Origin: Candidatus Woesearchaeota archaeon
GTDB taxonomy: Archaea > Nanobdellota > Nanobdellia > UBA10117 > GCA-020343615
NCBI GenBank assembly: GCA_020343615.1
Contig: CP070803.1
Span: 855,273-919,272 of the forward strand
Reading direction: 5' to 3'
DNA length: 64,000 nt
Below the pieces are notes generated by a model, which was not told the origin of the DNA, searched no databases, and was given only the letters and a program-made list of their open reading frames with translations. Numbering within the stretch: position 1 is the stretch's first letter; the number at the start of each line of letters is the position of its first letter. The position numbers were made by a program, and so were the translations under genes. Of the stretch, positions 39,848 through 49,763 are shown in pieces.

Positions 39848-40519
39848 GAACTTATCAATTTCTTCTATTATTTCATTTTTATTGTGTAACCCTTGCATAA
39901 CTGTTTCTTCATTTATCAATAATGCAGGATACTCGGTTATATTATATTGATTCACAACTATGTCTATAGTAGATATATTCAAGTCTACTGCGAGTGGGAT
40001 AAGCATGATTTCTGGACCATATCCTTGTTTTATCTCAAATAACATTCCGCTCATCACATTCTGGTCTGTATTAACATCAAAATCTTCTGATTTTTGTTTA
40101 TAGAAATAAACCACATTTACGTAATCTGCATAACATTTTTTCTTAAGAGAAATCGCATTAAGCCAGAACTGTGTCTTGAATAGAATATATTCTTTTTGAT
40201 TTATCAGTAAATCTTTAGTTATCTTATTAGCATTAAGATATCTTTCTATTTTTACTCCTTCTTCGTATAATTCATCTGCGAATTTTATGTTTTCGTCTAT
40301 TGCTACCTCACAGAATTTACTATCTTGTATAACCATATTATTATAATAAAGTGTCTGTAGATTAGCATCAATCTGTCTCAATTTCATTATGTTATAATCT
40401 TCTTCAATCTCAAAGACCCTGCCCCTCTCAAATGAATAACCTATAAACATTCCTAATGAAAAAACTGCAATTGTGAGTATTGCTGCCTTCCAAAAAACAT
40501 CTTTTTGAGACTTTACCAT
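39842..40519 (-). CDS. single-pass membrane-anchored protein, unknown function
   Basis: 225 aa with one N-terminal TM helix. Overlaps the GT2 gene by 7 nt. Confidence 0.35.
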   Translation of the reverse strand: MVKSQKDVFWKAAILTIAVFSLGMFIGYSFERGRVFEIEEDYNIMKLRQIDANLQTLYYNNMVIQDSKFCEVAIDENIKFADELYEEGVKIERYLNANKITKDLLINQKEYILFKTQFWLNAISLKKKCYADYVNVVYFYKQKSEDFDVNTDQNVMSGMLFEIKQGYGPEIMLIPLAVDLNISTIDIVVNQYNITEYPALLINEETVMQGLHNKNEIIEEIDKFL

Positions 40520-41745
40520 CTTCTGTCTTTTTTTACTAACCTTATTATTGAGTGAAGGAATACTAGTGGAAATAGTATATGATATACTAGATTATACGCT
40601 GCTCCACTTATACTTGCTATTTTAGTATATTTACTATACTTATTAAAATCTTTTATTGCTATATAAAATAGAGCTATTCCTATTATAAGCATGAGTAAAC
40701 CGAAAAAAACAAACATTTCTGGAAGTAGGATATTTAGTTCTCCTGGGAAAATCTTAGAGGAAGTAGCTATATGTTTAATAATAGTGGACTCTAGAAACAA
40801 GCCTTTACTTGTGAATATATAACTTATTACACTGAATCCGAATACTGAAATAATCATAAATGATAAGAATAGGGGTATAACGAAAACACCGAACATATCA
40901 TACTTTCTGCTAAACATAAACCTCTTGTACTTTCCAAGTGTTTGCATACCTCCTATATTCCACCTAGTCCTTTGTTTCCACCATTTTCTTAAAGTATCTG
41001 GAGTTTCTACATAGGTTATTGCGGATAGGCACATTTTTACTGAATAATTATATTTTAGTATCCTCCAAGCTATTTCTATGTCTTCTGTGAGGTTCTTTTC
41101 GTCAAATTTTCCTACTTCTAAGAGCACAGATTTCCTATAGAGACTTAGAGGTCCAGGAGTAACATAAACAGCGTTAAGGAAGTGCAATAATTTTCTGTTC
41201 CAGGCGATGATTCTGTATTCAAAATTCTGTAGTTTTTGCAGGAAAGTTTTTGGGTCTTTTGCTAGATACGCTCCTGTTACTGCTCCTGTTTTTTTATCTT
41301 TGAAATAGGGAACCATATAGAGAAGGGCTTCTTTTTCAGGATAGCTATCTGCGTTCATTATTGCTACGATCTCGTTCTTAGCAGCATCTATCCCAGTGTT
41401 AATGGGGATTGCTGCGTATCCTGAGTTTTTTTCGTGTCTTATGATTCTGACTTCTTTAAACTTCTTAACTATCTCTGAAGTACGATCTGTTGATCCATCG
41501 TCTACAACTATAACTTCTAATTTGTCTTTAGGGTACTCCAGTTCTCTTATTTTTCTTAAGGTTCTACCAATATTTTTTCCTTCGTTATAAGCAGGCATAA
41601 CAATACTAATTCTTGGAAAGAAATCTGTAGATTTCTTATCATTGAACATCTCTTTTCTGTTTCTGAAGAATAAGAGACTGAATAGGAATAAGAAATACAT
41701 GGAAATAAAAATCAAAGTTAGATATATTCCCGTAAGTAGATACAT
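40513..41745 (-). CDS. family 2 glycosyltransferase, membrane-integrated processive type
   Basis: VMPAYNEG, VVDDGSTDRT, NADS and Q(R)xRW (QRTRW) motifs with flanking TM helices. Confidence 0.8.
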   Translation of the reverse strand: MYLLTGIYLTLIFISMYFLFLFSLLFFRNRKEMFNDKKSTDFFPRISIVMPAYNEGKNIGRTLRKIRELEYPKDKLEVIVVDDGSTDRTSEIVKKFKEVRIIRHEKNSGYAAIPINTGIDAAKNEIVAIMNADSYPEKEALLYMVPYFKDKKTGAVTGAYLAKDPKTFLQKLQNFEYRIIAWNRKLLHFLNAVYVTPGPLSLYRKSVLLEVGKFDEKNLTEDIEIAWRILKYNYSVKMCLSAITYVETPDTLRKWWKQRTRWNIGGMQTLGKYKRFMFSRKYDMFGVFVIPLFLSFMIISVFGFSVISYIFTSKGLFLESTIIKHIATSSKIFPGELNILLPEMFVFFGLLMLIIGIALFYIAIKDFNKYSKYTKIASISGAAYNLVYHILFPLVFLHSIIRLVKKDRRW

Positions 41746-42407
41746 TATATTTTTACCCCCACTAAATTCATTCCTAATTTATCTGAGGCTTCTATTAATT
41801 CATCTGCGTTTTTTCCTCTTACATATATGCAATTACCTTCTGAAATTATCTCTGTAGTATCGGTAATTTCAAGAAATATGATTGGTGTTAGCTCTGTTGC
41901 ATCTTCACATGTTTTTAAAGGAACATTTGGATCCACAGGATCTGCATCTTCAGTATACGCTTCTACTGATGGAATTCTAAAAACATTTCCAGTTAATCTA
42001 ACAATTTCTATACCTGCTATTGCTATTTTACTCAGATTCTCTTCATTTGGATTATAGGCTAAGTATATTTTATTTGAATTTAAGATGATATCTACCACAT
42101 CTTCATCTAGATTGATAGAAGATATGTTTCTAGGATCTCCTCTAAAAGCAAACCTAGTAGTTGCATCTTTTACATCAGTTATGTACTCTATACGATTATC
42201 TTCTATCTTTGCGAATATAGAATAAGAATTTTCTATAGGATCATAATAAAAAGTATATCCCTCGAATTCTATTTTTTCTTTACCTTCAATTATTTCTGGA
42301 CTGTCATCACTTAAACTACGAAGACCTATTGCAAGTGTACTGCCTATAAATAGTATTATTACAATCACGCCTCCAGTCTTGCTCAAATTTTTCTTTTTCT
42401 TAGCCAT
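41745..42407 (-). CDS. single-pass membrane-anchored protein, unknown function
   Basis: 220 aa with an N-terminal TM anchor. Its stop overlaps the GT2 start by 1 nt. Confidence 0.35.
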   Translation of the reverse strand: MAKKKKNLSKTGGVIVIILFIGSTLAIGLRSLSDDSPEIIEGKEKIEFEGYTFYYDPIENSYSIFAKIEDNRIEYITDVKDATTRFAFRGDPRNISSINLDEDVVDIILNSNKIYLAYNPNEENLSKIAIAGIEIVRLTGNVFRIPSVEAYTEDADPVDPNVPLKTCEDATELTPIIFLEITDTTEIISEGNCIYVRGKNADELIEASDKLGMNLVGVKI

Positions 42408-42490
42408 TTCTTTATTTTCTATTTAACAAATAATTATAACTTTTTCTATGTTTTAACTCTACTACTTTAAAATTAGTTTTTAATTAAAAG

Positions 42491-42520
42491 AAAAAAAGGG
42501 AAAAAAGCCTAATGGCTCTT
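42491..42520 (-). terminator. hairpin plus T-run downstream of the S-layer-like gene
   Basis: On the minus strand, AAGAGCC-ATTA-GGCTTTT (7-bp stem including one G-U) is followed by TTCCCTTTTTTT. Confidence 0.4.
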
Positions 42521-42536
42521 TTGTTTCTTAAGCAAT

Positions 42537-45248
42537 TTACTCAGTTGTCTCTTCAACGTAAGGTTCTACGACTGGTGATGTTTGGGTTCCTGTAACTTTC
42601 ATACTCATTCCACTTAATGAGTAGTCGCTAAAGTCCTTTATAACCTTAGTTGCTCTTCTTGTGTCTGCTGCAGTAGTTCCTGCTACAACCATAGCTACGT
42701 TAGTTCCACCGAATGCATTTTCAGCTAGCTCAATGATTCCGAAGTTGGATCCTGGCCAGTCAACACATCCGTATCTAAACTTACCATCTGCGGCTAGTTC
42801 AGCTACAAGATCGTTTGCACATGGACCACCAACTAATATCATTGGTTTAGCTGTCTTGTCGCTTACTTCAGTATCTAACTTAGCTACATCTACTCCACTT
42901 ACTGAGTGTACAGTTACTCCAGCAGTTGATGCTGTTGTTGTGGTTGTTGCTTCAATAGGTGATATAAATACACTTGCATACATTTGACCTTCTGGTACTG
43001 TAATTGTAATTATATCTTGGTCACCAGCAGTGTCTAATAATGCATATGTTCCAAATGTATCTATATATCCTGTTAAATCACTATCGTCGAATCCTTGATT
43101 ATCTTCAGCATCTGTAAAGAACGGTGCTAAGACAGTTAGGTCATCGTTAGTTCCACCAGTGTCATTTACATTTATTATTAGTGCATTTGCAACATCTGCT
43201 GAATCTTGTTCCTCAACGATTAACAACATAGGATTGATTTGTCCTGCACTTGCTGCACCTGGTTCTGCTAGAGATACATTACATAGTACAGTTGCTGCTG
43301 CTGCGTCACAGTCAAATGTATAGTTTACAGTTCCTATTAGTACATTAGTTGAACCACCAAGTGTTAACTCATCTGTTTCTACCCATACTCCTTCTGTAAC
43401 ATTAGCTTCACTATCGTTGTATGTTACATCAACTTCTCCAGTTGGGAATATATATGTACCTTCAGCTAAAGATGTATCGTTGTCATCTCCATAATCTGTA
43501 GTTGCATTAATTAAAGCCACAATCTCGTCTGTGAGCGCTACTCTATGGTCATATCCGCTGTATAATTCGATGTATGGGAATACATTCGTTTTTGTATCTG
43601 TTGAATCTACAATTGTAATTCCAGCACCATCTGCACAACTTACAGTATATGTCTTCCCTCTAAATGAGAAATCCTTTGTAGCATCTGTGTTCTGATTACT
43701 CCAATCAACAATAGTGTCTCCAGTAATTATATCTTTTATGTCTAAGTCTGTTTCAGTACAATCGTCATCATCTAAGTTATCAATTTCTATCATACCAGAA
43801 TACTCAGCGTTACTGTTTAATATGGTATAAACAGCTCCACCACTAGCTCCTCCAGACTCGTCTAAGGTAGCTCCTTCCACTACTGCAATTGAATTATTGT
43901 TAGAATCAGCTAAGCGTATATTCTCTTCGCCTGAGTTTTGTGGATCTTCGTCATATATCCATTCTATTGTCTCAGAATTTCCATTTGAATCTGTTAGTTC
44001 CATCTGTAATGTGTCTGCGTCTGCTGCTGATATGTCTATGGTTCTTCTAGCAGCATTTGTATCTATTCCTGTTCCTATAGTAATTGTTGGACCGTCTACA
44101 GCATCTGCGAATGTTACTTTTATTGTTCCAAACACTGGGTCTGTAAATGATTCGCCCACTAGTAAGTGATCGAAATCATTGTCTTGTGCACTTACATTCA
44201 CTCTAATTTGTGTGCAATCTTCAGGATCTCCAGCTATGTTTACTCCAGTATTATCTATTTCATCTTGATCTGAACCTACAGAAACTTCCTGGCCAGTCTC
44301 TAGCCATACTTCGTCAGCTCCTAGACTAATTATACAGTCTCCAGGATATGCATCTAAACCGTAGTAGTTTACTTGGTCTGCATATACATCTACACCACCA
44401 ATCTTCTTGGTGCCTCCTTGTGCTATTGTTTCTGAATCTCCGTTGATTCTTATTGTAGCCTCATTTGGGTTTTCATCCTGTACACCGACAAGAGTAATTT
44501 CATAATCTTCTCCTTCGAATGTAACAGTCTTGGTTTCTCCCCAATCAAGAGATACTGGTAATGCTCCACCAAGTAATTGAAGAGCTGTCGTAGTTGTCTC
44601 AGATCCTATAGTATAGGTCTTTCCGAACATAGTAATCTCTTCTCCTATAGAGTCTGTTGCACTTAGGTTTACTGCTTCATCAAAGTCTAGAACAAACGTA
44701 TATATTGGAGTTGATGGTACAGTTCCCAGATTTATTAACAACATTGGGTCATCTAAATCATTACCAGATGTACCGAATCCAAAGTTAGCGAATGTCTCAG
44801 TTCCTATGTCAATTTTCTGGGTAAAGTCGTAGTCTGTTCCAGCATCATCTGTAAATGTACCATCTGCAAGTATTGTCGCAAAATCGGCGTCAGTTAGAGA
44901 AGTCAATCCAGCATCTCCTAGTTGGTCTCCATAGAAGACCTTATCGTCTCCACTTGCTAGATTTACTCCACCTGAAACCGTTGTTGTCGTTGTTGTAGTT
45001 GTGTAAGTTGTTGTTGCCTGTTGTGACAGAGTTGCACTTATGTCTATTGCTCCAGCTATGTCTGAGGCTGCTGCATCAGCGCCTACAACTATAACAGTAT
45101 TCCATAGTCCGTCCTCTACGAATGGACTTGGGTAATCTGCTAAATCAGCTGCTACGGCTCCAAATAATGTGGAACCTACCATTGCTGCTCCTACTGACAT
45201 TGCTGCAACTTTCTTTATTGCTTTTTTTGCCTTAATTGCAAAAGTCAT
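42537..45248 (-). CDS. S-layer-like surface protein
   Basis: 903 aa with a signal peptide, then ..ADYPSPFV..VIVVGADAAASDIAGAIDI.. typical of archaeal S-layer N-termini. T/D/G-rich and acidic. AGGTGA Shine-Dalgarno sequence. Confidence 0.6.
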   Translation of the reverse strand: MTFAIKAKKAIKKVAAMSVGAAMVGSTLFGAVAADLADYPSPFVEDGLWNTVIVVGADAAASDIAGAIDISATLSQQATTTYTTTTTTTTVSGGVNLASGDDKVFYGDQLGDAGLTSLTDADFATILADGTFTDDAGTDYDFTQKIDIGTETFANFGFGTSGNDLDDPMLLINLGTVPSTPIYTFVLDFDEAVNLSATDSIGEEITMFGKTYTIGSETTTTALQLLGGALPVSLDWGETKTVTFEGEDYEITLVGVQDENPNEATIRINGDSETIAQGGTKKIGGVDVYADQVNYYGLDAYPGDCIISLGADEVWLETGQEVSVGSDQDEIDNTGVNIAGDPEDCTQIRVNVSAQDNDFDHLLVGESFTDPVFGTIKVTFADAVDGPTITIGTGIDTNAARRTIDISAADADTLQMELTDSNGNSETIEWIYDEDPQNSGEENIRLADSNNNSIAVVEGATLDESGGASGGAVYTILNSNAEYSGMIEIDNLDDDDCTETDLDIKDIITGDTIVDWSNQNTDATKDFSFRGKTYTVSCADGAGITIVDSTDTKTNVFPYIELYSGYDHRVALTDEIVALINATTDYGDDNDTSLAEGTYIFPTGEVDVTYNDSEANVTEGVWVETDELTLGGSTNVLIGTVNYTFDCDAAAATVLCNVSLAEPGAASAGQINPMLLIVEEQDSADVANALIINVNDTGGTNDDLTVLAPFFTDAEDNQGFDDSDLTGYIDTFGTYALLDTAGDQDIITITVPEGQMYASVFISPIEATTTTTASTAGVTVHSVSGVDVAKLDTEVSDKTAKPMILVGGPCANDLVAELAADGKFRYGCVDWPGSNFGIIELAENAFGGTNVAMVVAGTTAADTRRATKVIKDFSDYSLSGMSMKVTGTQTSPVVEPYVEETTE

Positions 45249-45263
45249 TTTTTCACCTTCTTA

Positions 45264-45282
45264 CATTGGTCTTTGACCAATG
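45264..45282 (-). promoter_or_regulatory. perfect 8-bp inverted repeat in the S-layer gene leader
   Basis: CATTGGTC-TTT-GACCAATG lies between the TATA candidate (45309-45318) and the Shine-Dalgarno sequence (45253-45258). Confidence 0.35.
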
Positions 45283-45444
45283 AATTAATATATACATGTT
45301 ATCTGTTTATTTATAAATATTATGGTCTGATTTTACCGGTATCTTGCGTTTTTTAAATTTTGGATTACAAAATATGTATTTACTGAGTAATAGTTAAAAA
45401 AACCAAATTATTTTTATACTGAAATGTAGTTTAGAATAATAGTA

Positions 45445-45765
45445 ATGGATGAGGAAGAAGTAAAAACCAGCAAAAGAGATGCTAATAATTTTATTAGAGA
45501 CTTGAAAATAATCACTGCTATCTCTTTGGGTAAGAATAGAAACAAAGACTTAGCAAGGTTTCTCGATACTGATAAGTCTCATGCTTCCAAAAAAATTAGG
45601 GAGCTTGAGGAAAAAGGTCTAGTTACAAGAGTTAAGGAAAGAAGAAGTGTAACTTATAGAGTAAATCATTCAGCTGTAACTAGATTATTACAATCTAGAG
45701 TAGTAATTGTTAGAGGAGGTAAAAAAAATGGAAGAGAAAAAGAAGGAACAGAAAGTGGAGATTAG
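45445..45765 (+). CDS. winged-helix DNA-binding protein (MarR/ArsR-like)
   Basis: 106 aa. ..LARFLDTDKSHASKKIRELEEKGLVTRV....V.Y.V. is an HTH plus wing pattern. Confidence 0.55.
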   Translation: MDEEEVKTSKRDANNFIRDLKIITAISLGKNRNKDLARFLDTDKSHASKKIRELEEKGLVTRVKERRSVTYRVNHSAVTRLLQSRVVIVRGGKKNGREKEGTESGD

Positions 45766-46051
45766 TTATGAGGTAAAGATGTATCAGTTGTTGATATTGT
45801 TTGTAGTGAGTATTTTTGTAGCAATAGGTCTTGGTCTTTGGTTAGGGAACAACACTGGTTACAGTATAGGTTATTCTGCAGGAATAGACGCTGTAACTAT
45901 AGAAACTCCAGATTATTGCTATGCGGAAAATGAGGGTCATGAAGATGTAACTATAGTATGTAATGAATTAGAAAATGTCACTGTAAATGATTTATGCAAG
46001 ACATTATCTAAACCTTTAGAACACGCAGTAAAAATACTAATAACTGGCTAA
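45728..46051 (+). CDS. small single-pass membrane protein
   Basis: The ATG at 45728 is preceded by GAGGAGGT (the track uses TTG at 45707). One TM helix. Confidence 0.4.
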   Translation: MEEKKKEQKVEISYEVKMYQLLILFVVSIFVAIGLGLWLGNNTGYSIGYSAGIDAVTIETPDYCYAENEGHEDVTIVCNELENVTVNDLCKTLSKPLEHAVKILITG

Positions 46052-46482
46052 TCCTTTTTTTCCACTTTCTTATTTAATAAGGCGTTCATAGCCTTTAATC
46101 TTATTATAGCTTCACTACTCTGGTGTAATCTTGTAGCTAGATCATTAAGTATTTCTGTCAATAATTGAGTATCTTCTGTAATTTCTTCAGGTTCTAATAT
46201 TTCAACAGAGGAAGGCATATAATCAAATATAAAACCCATTAGTGAAGATAAGTCGGAGAATAATACTTCTGCTTCTATAAAGGAAGAGTAAAATTTTTCA
46301 CTTACTTTTTGAGGTTCAGCCAATTCCTTTTCTATAACTTCAAACTTTTCTTCTATTTCCTTTAGTTTTCCTTCTATAGTCTTCTTTACGTGTTCTTCAG
46401 GGCTGCCTACTATTTCTATTATCAGTCTTGCTTTTAGGGCTCCTTCCCTTATCTTTTCGTTTATCTCTGAGCTTTCCATCAA
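46048..46482 (-). CDS. hypothetical acidic helical protein
   Basis: 144 aa ORF. No recognisable motif. Confidence 0.35.
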   Translation of the reverse strand: MMESSEINEKIREGALKARLIIEIVGSPEEHVKKTIEGKLKEIEEKFEVIEKELAEPQKVSEKFYSSFIEAEVLFSDLSSLMGFIFDYMPSSVEILEPEEITEDTQLLTEILNDLATRLHQSSEAIIRLKAMNALLNKKVEKKD

Positions 46483-47992
46483 AATTAAGGAATTCTCTTA
46501 CTTTTAAAAAGTTATCTTTTCTCGAACCTAATAAAGTAGCAAAGGATATTAGTACAATAATAATTATAAGATACTTTGAAAAATCTAAATCTCTTTCTTT
46601 ATCTGAAACATAGATAGTATTGCCGTCAAGTTCGTTATCCTTAGCATATACTGACTTGTCCTCTAAGGTTTGATATTTTTCTTGTTCCTTCTCCTCAAAG
46701 ATTTTTTCATTAATTTTTACTTCATCTTTAGCTTCTATCTCTTCCTCGTCAAATTTAACTTTCACCTTTATATTCCAAAAAGTTGGCTCTGCGCTTTCTT
46801 TTATTCTATTTTTAAGTTTAATTACAGTTTCTTCGCCTTCTTCTAAATCGACTAATTTTCTATTAGGAACCCAACCCTGTTCACTAGCTAATTGTTGACC
46901 AAAATAAACATAGGAGTAGACATACAGTTCTTCATCTCTATCTGTAGGGTTCTTTAATCTAATTGTTATTGTTAAATTATCGCCTTGCTTGACTTCATTG
47001 GGAAATTCTAAAATTTCTAAAGTAATTTTCTTTTTTTCTTCTTTATCTTCTTCATCTGTTTCTTCTATTTCAGGTTCTTCTTCTCCTTTTACACCAATTA
47101 GAAACTCTGCTCTATTATTGCTGGAGTTTGAATCACAACTCTCATCAATAATGTTAGCTTTAATTAGGTAGACTTCTGATCCATAAATTTTCGGGGGTGT
47201 AAAACTCCTACTCTTGTTTTCTTTTGAGTCAATATTCGTGTTTCTTGGTTTACGGATGTAATTACCAAATAGGTCTTCAATCCAGTATCTAACCGTAGCA
47301 TATTGATTTTCCATATTGGAGAATAAATATAGGTAATAATTAGATCTAATCTCAGAATTCAATAACCTTATAGTATAAATTCTAATACCTGTGTCACATT
47401 CTGTTTCTGAAATATTTATAGAATTGCTGAAGCTATCGTTGTTCGTAGTATCATTTTGATTTGTGTCATTAACTGGTTCGATAATGCACTCGTACCCTGG
47501 TGTTGGTTTCGCTGAAATCCAAGTTCCATTAAATAATTGTAATGAATTACCGTCCCCCTCAGCACCTATTTCAGGATCATAGGTAATGTTTTTAGAGTTA
47601 AGGAAAATTGTTTTTCCGGAATTAGTAAGACCTCCACAAATACTACTTGAAGAAATGTGTAATGCTAAAGAAGAATTACTTACATTAAAAATATCATAAA
47701 CTTCTGTTCCTGACCCGCCGTCTGTTATTAAGGCAAATGAATCTAGTGTTAAATTCAGCGAAGTATTAAGATGGACCGTTTTATTTGTTTTATTTATGTA
47801 TCCAGTATAAAGCTTAGAGTCGCAAATAGTATAATTGACCAAATCTACAGTCTCGTTCCCCGAATTATAGATTTCAATGTATTCATCATATGTATCTGGT
47901 CCATTAGGATTGTACATTATTTCCGTGATAATTACCTCTGCATTACATATTGGAAACGAAAGTAATAATATTATTAGAGCATATTTTTTCAT
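46397..47992 (-). CDS. secreted protein with lamin-tail (LTD) domain and C-terminal TM anchor
   Basis: Signal peptide, then ITEIMYNP.G.D..DEYIEIYNSG...VDL..Y.I.D (LTD signature), an acidic linker and a C-terminal TM helix. Confidence 0.55.
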   Translation of the reverse strand: MKKYALIILLLSFPICNAEVIITEIMYNPNGPDTYDEYIEIYNSGNETVDLVNYTICDSKLYTGYINKTNKTVHLNTSLNLTLDSFALITDGGSGTEVYDIFNVSNSSLALHISSSSICGGLTNSGKTIFLNSKNITYDPEIGAEGDGNSLQLFNGTWISAKPTPGYECIIEPVNDTNQNDTTNNDSFSNSINISETECDTGIRIYTIRLLNSEIRSNYYLYLFSNMENQYATVRYWIEDLFGNYIRKPRNTNIDSKENKSRSFTPPKIYGSEVYLIKANIIDESCDSNSSNNRAEFLIGVKGEEEPEIEETDEEDKEEKKKITLEILEFPNEVKQGDNLTITIRLKNPTDRDEELYVYSYVYFGQQLASEQGWVPNRKLVDLEEGEETVIKLKNRIKESAEPTFWNIKVKVKFDEEEIEAKDEVKINEKIFEEKEQEKYQTLEDKSVYAKDNELDGNTIYVSDKERDLDFSKYLIIIIVLISFATLLGSRKDNFLKVREFLNFDGKLRDKRKDKGRSPKSKTDNRNSRQP

Positions 47993-48104
47993 TTTATTTA
48001 TAGAAGTAAATACTGCTATAATAATGAAGGCAGGTGAATACTGCTGAAAAGATATTCAGCTATACGAGAATTTATAAATACTATTTACTACGAATTCATT
48101 AATA

Positions 48105-48521
48105 ATGGAATTTTTCTACGGAGATAGCTTTGATAATCTCAAAAGAAAAGGCTATGAGCCTACTGGAAAACCTGCTCCTTATGAAATAAATATTAAGTTA
48201 GTAAGTGATAAAAAACCAGAGGAGTTGGATGATCTTGAAAAAATATTAAATAAAACCGATGTACTAAATAATAAAACATTAATTAAGAAAAGTGATTTTG
48301 AGAAGGTATTAATAAGAGAAGTTACAGCGGAAAATAGTCCTTACTTTAAATTTGTTAAATCTAGAGATGAGAAAGTAGAAAGACCATTTATAAAATGTGT
48401 TGGAATTGTCGTTTATTTTAATTATGGAGATGAAAAACATAATCCTTGTTTTATGGTTGGAGGTCGTAGAACTGGAAAGGATTATCTAACTATAGTCGCT
48501 CTAAAGGAACTAGAAGACTAA
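48105..48521 (+). CDS. hypothetical protein
   Basis: 138 aa ORF. No recognisable motif. Confidence 0.3.
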   Translation: MEFFYGDSFDNLKRKGYEPTGKPAPYEINIKLVSDKKPEELDDLEKILNKTDVLNNKTLIKKSDFEKVLIREVTAENSPYFKFVKSRDEKVERPFIKCVGIVVYFNYGDEKHNPCFMVGGRRTGKDYLTIVALKELED

Positions 48522-49726
48522 TTCTCTCCTTCAATAATTGCTATGGCATAAGGTTTGGAAAAGTACTCTTTTACTGCCTTTTTAACGTCATCAAGAGAAA
48601 CCTTCTTGATTTTTTTAACGTAATCGTTCAGATCTTCACTTTTGCTTGTTTGCTCCCAAAATCCTATAATATCCGCAAGATGTTCTGTGTTTTCAATAAC
48701 TAGGTAAAAATTCCCCTCAATAAAATCCTTGCTTTCCTTCAACTCTTTTTCTGTAAGATTTCTTAATTTTAATTCCTTATTAATCAAATCCTTAACTTTC
48801 TGTATATTCTTTTTTTGTACGTTGGCGTAGACTGTGAAATATGCATAATCTCTTTCAGAGATATAGGCAGAACCAACATCGTAGGCTAGACCTCTTTTAT
48901 TTCTTATCTCATCAAAAAGTCTTCCACTCATTCCTTTACCAAGAATTGAATGAATTATATCAAGAACATAACTATCATTCTCTGTTCTTTTTGGAGCTCT
49001 GTATCCTAAAACTAAATAAGAACTTGCAATTTTTCTTTTTTCTATAATCTCTTTAACTTTTTTTAGGGGTTTTGCTTCTATTGTTATCTTCTCCTGCTTA
49101 TTTTCTTTTAATTTGAACTTTCTCTCTATTTTATTTTTTATGTTCGATACTTTCCCGACTACTATTATGATTATATTTCCTGGCTCGTAATATTTGAGGT
49201 AATGATCTAAAATATCTTTTTTAGTTAGCTTCATTATGATTTCTTTACTGCCGTATGTAGGAACTGCTATCGGAGAACCTTCGTATAACGTTCTATTCAA
49301 GAGAATCCATTGATAAAAACGAGGATCATCAAAAACTATATCTATTTCTCTAGAAATTATGTCTCTCTCTTTTTCTATGTCTTTTTCCCTGAATAAGGGA
49401 TTCTGAACAACTTCTAAAAGTACATCTAATGCTTTATCAAAATGTTTATTCAAGATTTTTATATGGAAACAAGTTCTTTCCTTAGAAGTATAAGCATTTA
49501 TGTACCCTCCTAGTTTTTCTATTTCATGTGTAATTTCTTTATTTGTTTTGAATTTTTTTGAACCTTTGAATAGGAGATGCTCTATAAAATGAGAAATACC
49601 GTTATTATTCTTATTTTCATTTATACTTCCCACATTAACAAGAACTTGTAAGGCAACAGAGTTTGTTTCTGTTGGTACGTGGACTATTGTTGGACCATTA
49701 GCTAATCTGTATTTTTTAATTTCCAT
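48518..49726 (-). CDS. M16 family zinc peptidase (pitrilysin-like)
   Basis: Inverted zinc motif HFIEH (HxxEH) followed by ..E.. downstream. 402 aa. Confidence 0.8.
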   Translation of the reverse strand: MEIKKYRLANGPTIVHVPTETNSVALQVLVNVGSINENKNNNGISHFIEHLLFKGSKKFKTNKEITHEIEKLGGYINAYTSKERTCFHIKILNKHFDKALDVLLEVVQNPLFREKDIEKERDIISREIDIVFDDPRFYQWILLNRTLYEGSPIAVPTYGSKEIIMKLTKKDILDHYLKYYEPGNIIIIVVGKVSNIKNKIERKFKLKENKQEKITIEAKPLKKVKEIIEKRKIASSYLVLGYRAPKRTENDSYVLDIIHSILGKGMSGRLFDEIRNKRGLAYDVGSAYISERDYAYFTVYANVQKKNIQKVKDLINKELKLRNLTEKELKESKDFIEGNFYLVIENTEHLADIIGFWEQTSKSEDLNDYVKKIKKVSLDDVKKAVKEYFSKPYAIAIIEGEN

Positions 49727-49763
49727 AAACTTTTTTTATACCTTACGTTTTATAAGTATATTC

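Noticed and set aside
42537-45248. Higher GC content of the S-layer-like gene as a sign of horizontal transfer.
   Set aside because: The shift follows from the amino-acid composition (Thr, Asp, Gly and Ala rich). Third positions still look AT-biased and the gene has native-type Shine-Dalgarno and promoter signals.
46397-46482. The 86-nt overlap between ORFs 46048..46482 and 46397..47992 as a possible frameshifted single gene.
   Set aside because: The upstream protein already ends with a TM anchor plus a basic tail. The downstream ORF has its own Met and an unrelated acidic helical composition. The overlap is more likely the non-functional tail of the longer ORF.
48009-48044. The direct 9-nt repeat AATACTGCT (twice) and weak C/D-box-like words upstream of 48105.
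   Set aside because: The box sequences are degenerate (ATGAAG rather than RUGAUGA). There is no terminal stem and no guide complementarity that I can verify.
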